Below are positions 58,310-64,000 of a stretch of DNA of 64,000 nucleotides, piece by piece. The first letter of the stretch is position 1, and each line of letters begins with the position of its first letter. Source of the stretch: an uncultured Candidatus Rokubacteria bacterium (GTDB taxonomy: Bacteria > Methylomirabilota > Methylomirabilia > Rokubacteriales > DASRDR01); contig CAWGVS010000012.1 of NCBI GenBank assembly GCA_963826115.1, positions 512,001 through 576,000 of the forward strand, in the 5' to 3' direction. The notes under the pieces are model-generated. The model was given only the letters and a program-made list of their open reading frames with translations. It was not told the origin of the DNA and did no database searches. Made by a program: the position numbers and the translations under genes.

Positions 58310-60463
58310 ATGGCTGCACAGCCGGAGGCGAAGCCCGCTCCCGCCCGCATCGAGAAGGAGCGCGTCCAGTTCAACCGGCTGCTCGCCGGCAATCCCAACT
58401 ACTTCGGCAATCTGGCCCAGAGTCCCTTCAAGCCCGTCAAGCCGATGGCCTCCAACACCACGTACGAGGAGATCACGTGCGTGGGGTACACCCCCGACAA
58501 GGCGCAGCTCGAGGCGACCGTCCACATCAAGCGGGCCACCGGCTACGGCGGCGACCTCTGCGCCAATGGAACCGTCGAGTACGTGCGCTTCTTCCTCGAC
58601 TACGGAGCGGGCTGGGAGGACCAGGGGGTCATGGGCTTCAACGTCCACGACATCCCGAACTCCAGCGACTGCCACAAGGATCCGACGAAGCCGCTCAGCT
58701 ACGTCGCCTCGCTGAAGATCGACCCGAGGCGGAAGGTGTGCCGGATCCCGGTGCTGCCCAAGGTCCGGGCGATCCTGTCCTGGCAGGCGATTCCGCCGGC
58801 CGGCAATGCCGGCTACCACCCGGTCTGGGGCAACGTGGTCGACGACCACATCCAGATCACCCCGTGGGTCAAGAACTTCGCCGCCGCGTTCGACCACGTC
58901 GCCGTGGCGCTCGGCCAGAAGCTCGACCTTCCGGACGCGTTCGAGGAGCTGGCCGTCACGCCGATCCCGATCCCGGAGCCGCCTGAGCTGTCCGTCGCCG
59001 AGCTCGCGAAGCTGTATGCGGGGGCGCCCCACGCCAAGGCGCCGGCGCACGCGGTCGAGCCCCACCGCTTCGGCCTGGCGGACATCCACGCCGCCGTGAG
59101 CGGGCCGGGCGCGAGTCAGGAGGTCCTGCTCGCGAAGGGGGCCGAGTGGACGCTGGCCGGGCTCGACCTCGCCGCCGCCATCGCCGCCCTCGACGACGTC
59201 TCGGCGAACACGACCTACGAGGAGCTGAAGTGCCTCGGCATGGACAGCAACACCGAGACGCTCGCGGCCACCCTCCGGGTCAAGCTCTCCTCGGGATATT
59301 CGGGCAAGCCGTGCGACAAGGGCAGCTACGAGTACGTCGCCTTCTGGGCCGACTGGGACAACACCTGCGACTTCACGTACCTGGGAACGGTCAAGATCAA
59401 CGTGCACGACTACACCCCGCTCCCGGCGGGCGGGCTCTCCTACACGGCGCTCCTCAAGGTGAACCTCGATCACCACCGGCGCACGTGCAAGGAGCCCAAG
59501 ATCGGGCGCATCCGGGCCGTCCTCTCCTGGAGCTCACCGCCCTCCACGACCGATCCCGACGCCCTGAACTACTGGGGCAACCGGATCGACACGCACGTGC
59601 TGATCAACCCATCCGGCTCCGGGACCTCGTCGCACGCGGAGCTCCGGTCCATCGGCGGCATCGCGGTGCCGCACATCAACCCGGTCACCGGTCTGACGGA
59701 CGCCACCGCGGTGTTCCACTTCAACTGGCTCCCGCCCGATCCCGCCGGGCGGCCCTGCCCCTTCGCCCAGTGGGTCGTCATCACGGGGCCCACGGTGCCC
59801 GGCATGCGGTACGGCATCACCGTGGAGAACCTCACCGTGCCGGCGCCGCCGGTCGCGGTGGGCAACAGCTTCAAGGTGCTGGACAGCTCCGGGACGGTCG
59901 AGACGACGCAGACGGCGAGCTTCACGCCGCTCCACACCTACGCCTACCTGAACACCTTCCTGAACCCGGAGCTGATCCTGGCCCGGTGGCTCTCGTCCGG
60001 CGACGACCTCTGGCGGATCACGCTGCAGCTCTACACGCCGGCGGAGGTGCCGGTCGGCCCCCCCATCAGCCACCGGATCCAGCTCAAGAACACCGGCGTC
60101 AAGGACTGCCGCCTCCACATCGACCCGGCGTCCGGAGGCGACTGCAACACGTTCCACGTGGGCAACGTCATCGACGGACACTTCGTCGCCCGCGACCCGT
60201 ACCTGAGCGGCTACTCCCTGCACACCGAGCCGTTCGCGGCCCCGGCCGGGCAGCTCACGCCGACGTCGGGCTCGGTGCAGACCCCGTTCGCCGGACCCGA
60301 TCCGGCTCCCCCGCCGGGCGGGACGGCCTGGCACCTGGACACCCAGAACATGCAGCCGTGCGGCTACATCGTGCGCCTCGAGGCGTCCGACCGCGCGATC
60401 ATCGACAGCACCCACGTCGGTCACGGCGCGGCCGCCGCCGTGGGCTGGTGCCTGGAACCCTAG
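58310..60463 (+). CDS. Uncharacterised 717-aa protein with an internally duplicated domain
   Basis: GGAGG RBS, strong codon bias; two copies of NTTYEE..C.G...GY.G..C..G..EYV.F..D...NVHD...LSY...RA.LSW..PP...WGN..D.H..I.P. Confidence 0.9.
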   Translation: MAAQPEAKPAPARIEKERVQFNRLLAGNPNYFGNLAQSPFKPVKPMASNTTYEEITCVGYTPDKAQLEATVHIKRATGYGGDLCANGTVEYVRFFLDYGAGWEDQGVMGFNVHDIPNSSDCHKDPTKPLSYVASLKIDPRRKVCRIPVLPKVRAILSWQAIPPAGNAGYHPVWGNVVDDHIQITPWVKNFAAAFDHVAVALGQKLDLPDAFEELAVTPIPIPEPPELSVAELAKLYAGAPHAKAPAHAVEPHRFGLADIHAAVSGPGASQEVLLAKGAEWTLAGLDLAAAIAALDDVSANTTYEELKCLGMDSNTETLAATLRVKLSSGYSGKPCDKGSYEYVAFWADWDNTCDFTYLGTVKINVHDYTPLPAGGLSYTALLKVNLDHHRRTCKEPKIGRIRAVLSWSSPPSTTDPDALNYWGNRIDTHVLINPSGSGTSSHAELRSIGGIAVPHINPVTGLTDATAVFHFNWLPPDPAGRPCPFAQWVVITGPTVPGMRYGITVENLTVPAPPVAVGNSFKVLDSSGTVETTQTASFTPLHTYAYLNTFLNPELILARWLSSGDDLWRITLQLYTPAEVPVGPPISHRIQLKNTGVKDCRLHIDPASGGDCNTFHVGNVIDGHFVARDPYLSGYSLHTEPFAAPAGQLTPTSGSVQTPFAGPDPAPPPGGTAWHLDTQNMQPCGYIVRLEASDRAIIDSTHVGHGAAAAVGWCLEP

Positions 60464-60515
60464 CGCGCCGCGCGGAACACACCGGCGCACCCCGGCTCGA
60501 TCGAACACGCGAGTT

Positions 60516-60558
60516 GCGGCCGAAGGGGGCGGGCAGACGGCCCGTGCCCCTCGGCCGC
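60516..60558. terminator. GC-rich hairpin downstream of the 717-aa gene
   Basis: GCGGCCGAAGGGGGCGGGC / GCCCGTGCCCCTCGGCCGC imperfect inverted repeat; no U-tract. Confidence 0.4.
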
Positions 60559-60643
60559 CCGAGGAGCCGACCTCATCGAGCAGTCGCCGACGAGAACGCG
60601 GGCGGTCCCTAGGACACCGGCCGCGCGGCGGCCCGCGAGCCGA

Positions 60644-60732
60644 TCAGCGCTGGGCGATGTCCAGGAACGGCGCGCCCGGATCGCTCACGTAGAAGATCGC
60701 CCCCCGCGTCGTCTCGGTGCCGCTGCGGTTGT
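60644..60732 (-). pseudogene. Second remnant of the cupin gene 3' end
   Basis: Encodes NRSGTETTRGAIFYVSDPGAPFLDIAQR*, versus intact NRSGAETTRVAIFYVSDPGTPFLDVAQH*. Confidence 0.85.
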
Positions 60733-60853
60733 GCCAGGGCTCGTTCCGATGGCGCCCGGCGTAGATCAGCCGCCCCACGACGAGCGGCAGGGTCAGATAG
60801 CACGACGCGTTGACCACCGTCTTCCGCGGCAAGACCCTGTCCAGTCTCGGCTC

Positions 60854-61315
60854 CTAGCGGACGGGATCCAGCACGACCACCGGGATCTCGCGGTCGGTCT
60901 TGCGCTGATAGTCGGCATAGGGGGGCCAGAACTTCAGCGCCTCGCTCCATAGCCGCGTCCGTTCCGCCCCCGTGGTGGTCCGCGCTCGCGCGGGAAGCGT
61001 CTTGGTCCCGACCTGCACCTCGACCACGGGGTTAGCCAGGATGTTCTGGTACCAGCCGGGATGTTGCGGGGCCCCGCCTTTGGAGGCGACCACGAAATAG
61101 CTGTCGCCCACCTCGCCATAGAACAGCGGGAACATGAACTTCTCCCCCGATTTCCGTCCTGTCGTCGTCAGCAGCAGCGACGGCACGGTCATCTCCGGCC
61201 GGCCGGGCTGCGTGATCTTGTACAGGTGCCCGTCGGTGCCGCCGCTCGAAACATATCGATTCGCGTGCTCCACCATCCAGTCCGGAAGATTCGGGGCGAG
61301 CTTGGCTCCGGCCAT
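60854..61315 (-). CDS. Deazaflavin (F420)-dependent nitroreductase family oxidoreductase (DDN-like)
   Basis: LLLTTTGRKSG, VASKGG...HPGWY.N..ANP, YQRKTDREIPVV.L; GAGGAGG RBS. Confidence 0.92.
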   Translation of the reverse strand: MAGAKLAPNLPDWMVEHANRYVSSGGTDGHLYKITQPGRPEMTVPSLLLTTTGRKSGEKFMFPLFYGEVGDSYFVVASKGGAPQHPGWYQNILANPVVEVQVGTKTLPARARTTTGAERTRLWSEALKFWPPYADYQRKTDREIPVVVLDPVR

Positions 61316-61731
61316 GACCTGACCTCCTCTTCGTTCACATCAGTACGCCGTAGCACCGGCGCCTGGTAGATCTCTTACCATCTCCTCACGCTTCAGACCA
61401 ACCACCAGGCTATGGGCCACGGCCTTCGCGATGGTGGCCCGGATGCGCCGGAGGCCGGTCGCGCGAGACACGGGATGTCACCGGTGCCCACGGATCGGAC
61501 CGCCTGACACGTCGGCCCGATAGCCAGTCGCCGCGCATCGTATGGTGGGGCACCGGACACGTCGGGGCTCACGACGTGGCGCTCTCCAAGGGCACTGGCG
61601 CTGCCCAGATTTGCCAGGCCCACGGCTTCTGAATGACTATTTGCGCGCGGCTAGGCAGCTGTCGGAGTCAGCCAGGCATTAGATATCCATACGTTAGGTC
61701 CTGGCATGGGTTGCGCATACCGTCAACGACC

Positions 61732-61998
61732 ATGGCCGGTCTTCTCGTCAACTGGTGGATAGAGCTCTGCGATACCTTGACGGCCGGGCGTCTTTCTCTT
61801 TGCCTGCCGGACGACCGTCTCTTTATCGCCATGTTGGCAGCCTGGGTGGTCCTGGATGCCCTGGTCAGCTGTGCCCTACTCGGTTGGCAAGGCGGCGCGT
61901 GGGTCATCCTCGCCGTCGGGGGACTGGTCGGCATGGTGGCGATTGCGGTGCAGTCCAACGAGCGCCCTCGATCGGACCGGGCCGCAGAGCCGTCGTAG
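61732..61998 (+). CDS. Possible small membrane protein
   Basis: Two hydrophobic stretches; atypical codon usage, no clear RBS. Confidence 0.35.
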   Translation: MAGLLVNWWIELCDTLTAGRLSLCLPDDRLFIAMLAAWVVLDALVSCALLGWQGGAWVILAVGGLVGMVAIAVQSNERPRSDRAAEPS

Positions 61999-62263
61999 TT
62001 TCGGTCCGTTCCACTCCGACCGCCGGATCGACGCGTCGGCGACCAAGGCTCGCAGCTTGTCAAGCCGTGGGCACCGCCCCTTCGTGATCCGTCCTGGCCA
62101 CCTCTACCTGATCGCGGGCGCCGAGCAGAATCGACGCCGCTGAGCTCGGCCTGCCGAACCTCACCGGCCCGGCGTTCGAGGAGGAGCGCGGGGTCACTCC
62201 CTCGGCTCTCCCCGCCACAACCAGGACGCGTTCACGCCGCCCCGCCCACGCCCCGGCAGTCGC

Positions 62264-62680
62264 TCAGTGCTGCGCCACGTCCAGGAACGGCGTGCCCGGA
62301 TCGCTCACGTAGAAGATCGCCACGCGCGTCGTCTCGGCGCCGCTCCGGTTGTAGCCCGTCATCCTCGTCTGGGGCGGCTCCACGATCGCCTGACCGGCAG
62401 CCGCCGCGATGGGGGCGCGCCCTTCGATCTCCAGCGTGAACGTCCCCTCCAGCACGTAGACCGTCACCGGGAACCGGTGGGTGTGGAACGGGGTCATCTC
62501 GCCGGGCTTGAGGGTCGCCACGATGACCCGGATCTCCTGCTTGTCGCCCGTGGGCATGCCCTGCACGACCTCGCGCAGGACCGGCGCCGGCGGCCCGGGC
62601 GGGCCCTGCGCGACCGCCACCGACGCGAGCGACGCGATCACAGCCAGGAGCGCGAGACCGATTCCTACCGAGTGGCGCAT
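62264..62680 (-). CDS. Exported cupin domain protein
   Basis: Signal peptide; PGEMTPFHTH..PVTVYVLEG cupin motif; GGAGG RBS. Confidence 0.88.
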   Translation of the reverse strand: MRHSVGIGLALLAVIASLASVAVAQGPPGPPAPVLREVVQGMPTGDKQEIRVIVATLKPGEMTPFHTHRFPVTVYVLEGTFTLEIEGRAPIAAAAGQAIVEPPQTRMTGYNRSGAETTRVAIFYVSDPGTPFLDVAQH

Positions 62681-62915
62681 ATCAGGGTCCTCCCATGACG
62701 GCAATGCTTACGGTTCTCGTGGCCGCCGCATGATACCAAACGTCGATCGCGTGAACCGAGGCGGTGGGTTGCGGGCAGCCACCCGGCCGGTGAGAATGCT
62801 GCCGTGTCCATCCGCCACATCGGCCGGGCGGGCGATCGAGTCGCCCCGGCGGCCGGCGAATCCGGGGGCGTGCCGCGGCCAATGGGCGAACACGCTCCCC
62901 ACTTCGAGCCATCGC

Positions 62916-64000
62916 ATGCATGAGGCTCATGTCCCCTTCCTAGTCATCGCCGTTCTGCAGCTTCTGCTTCTCGCGTCCATTGCCGCGGTTCTGTTCCGAC
63001 GTCTCCGATTCCCCTACACGATCGGGCTCATGATCATCGGGATCCTGCTCGCGTTCGCGCAGGATCGTCTGCCCGTTCTGGAGTCGGTGCGACTGATCCG
63101 GCTGACCCCCGACGTCGTGCTCTATCTCTTTCTTCCAACTCTGGTGTTTCCAGCCGCGGCCCAGCTCGATCTGCGCCTTCTCAGGGAGAACCTGCTTCCG
63201 CTGGTGTTGTTGGCGTTCCCCGGACTGATCCTGTCGACGGCCATCGTGGGCAGCGTCGTGGCGGCGCTGACACCCCTCTCCTGGAGCGCGGCCCTGCTGT
63301 TCGGGGCGCTGATCTCCGCCACGGATCCGGTCGCGGTCATCGCCCTCTTCAAGGACCTGCGGGTGCCGGAGCGGCTGTCCGTCCTGGTCGACGGCGAGAG
63401 CTTGTTCAACGACGCCGCGGCGATCGTGCTGTTCCTCATCATCCTCTCGGTGGGCGCCTCCGGCGGGGTTGGACCCCTGACGGTGGTGCGCGGAGCCGTG
63501 GATTTCGTCTGGGTGTCCATCGGAGGCATCGGCGTCGGCGCCCTCCTCGCCGTGCTCTATGCGAGGGTCGTGCGCTTGGCGGAGGATGACCCTCTCGTCG
63601 AGATTGCCCTGTCGACCGTCCTTGCGTACACGGCCTTCGTGGTCGCGCATCATTACCTGCGGGTATCGGGAATCCTGGCGGTGGTCGGCGCCGGGCTGGT
63701 TGGCATTCGGCTCCGCCGAACGCACTTCGACAGGGCGCCGGACACGCGGGCGCACGTCGAGCATTACTGGAGCTATGCCGTCTTCGTCGCCAACAGCTTC
63801 GTGTTCCTCTTTCTGGGAATCGGCGAGAACACGTTTCTGACGCGCCTGCGGGGCGAGGGGGCGGCCGAGCTCCCCTACGTCGCTGGCGCGATCGTCGCCG
63901 TCCTGGCGGCCCGCCTGGTCGTCGTGAATGGCGTCATCGGCCTCGTGAACATCTGCTCGAGGATCCCGCCGATCGATTGGCGCTACCGCGCCATCATCTT
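62916..64000 (+). CDS. CPA1 Na+/H+ antiporter (NhaP-like), partial
   Basis: Manual translation MHEAHVPFLVIAVL..., PYTIGL, FLP.LVF, FGALISATDPVAV, GESLFND; runs off the window edge. Confidence 0.9.
   Translation, partial: MHEAHVPFLVIAVLQLLLLASIAAVLFRRLRFPYTIGLMIIGILLAFAQDRLPVLESVRLIRLTPDVVLYLFLPTLVFPAAAQLDLRLLRENLLPLVLLAFPGLILSTAIVGSVVAALTPLSWSAALLFGALISATDPVAVIALFKDLRVPERLSVLVDGESLFNDAAAIVLFLIILSVGASGGVGPLTVVRGAVDFVWVSIGGIGVGALLAVLYARVVRLAEDDPLVEIALSTVLAYTAFVVAHHYLRVSGILAVVGAGLVGIRLRRTHFDRAPDTRAHVEHYWSYAVFVANSFVFLFLGIGENTFLTRLRGEGAAELPYVAGAIVAVLAARLVVVNGVIGLVNICSRIPPIDWRYRAII

Noticed and set aside
61702-61716. TGGCATGGGTTGCG as a sigma54 promoter
   Set aside because: The GG-to-GC spacing is two bases too short.
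56497-62462. Cupin repeats as the template and variable repeats of a diversity-generating retroelement
   Set aside because: Differences are not restricted to adenines and include indels, and there is no reverse transcriptase in the window.

Overview
Very GC-rich, densely coded bacterial chromosome segment. An OmpA lipoprotein, an outer-membrane beta-barrel and DUF748 indicate a diderm. Gene content suggests a Rokubacteria/Methylomirabilota-like lineage, but that is inference only. Positions 1-46 kb are mostly core or conserved genes: glnD, hisC, the tmk-holB-ricT-metG-tatD block, moaC, an interleaved tungstate+molybdate (tup/mod) uptake operon with its regulator, typA, and tRNA-Leu-tig-clpP-clpX-rsmI-tatC-DEAD helicase. 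Positions 46-64 kb are accessory: a stress cluster (hemerythrin, Ku, DUF748) behind two near-identical sigma54-type promoters, rtcB, and a patchwork region where the 3' end of a cupin gene occurs three times. The best candidate for an undescribed system lies between two of these cupin remnants. Three TGCAC-N8-GTGCA palindromes and a sigma54 -24/-12 motif precede an orphan REC-AraC regulator. The tail of that gene carries a 21-bp-spaced direct repeat directly upstream of a 717-aa uncharacterised protein with a duplicated Cys-containing domain. Other notable signals: a riboswitch-like leader with terminator upstream of DUF465-moaC, a codon-atypical patch matching the MetRS anticodon-binding domain, a 10-bp-periodic AT-rich operator at the Mo/W operon, and many apparently leaderless genes. 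All calls come from reading the sequence; no searches were run.
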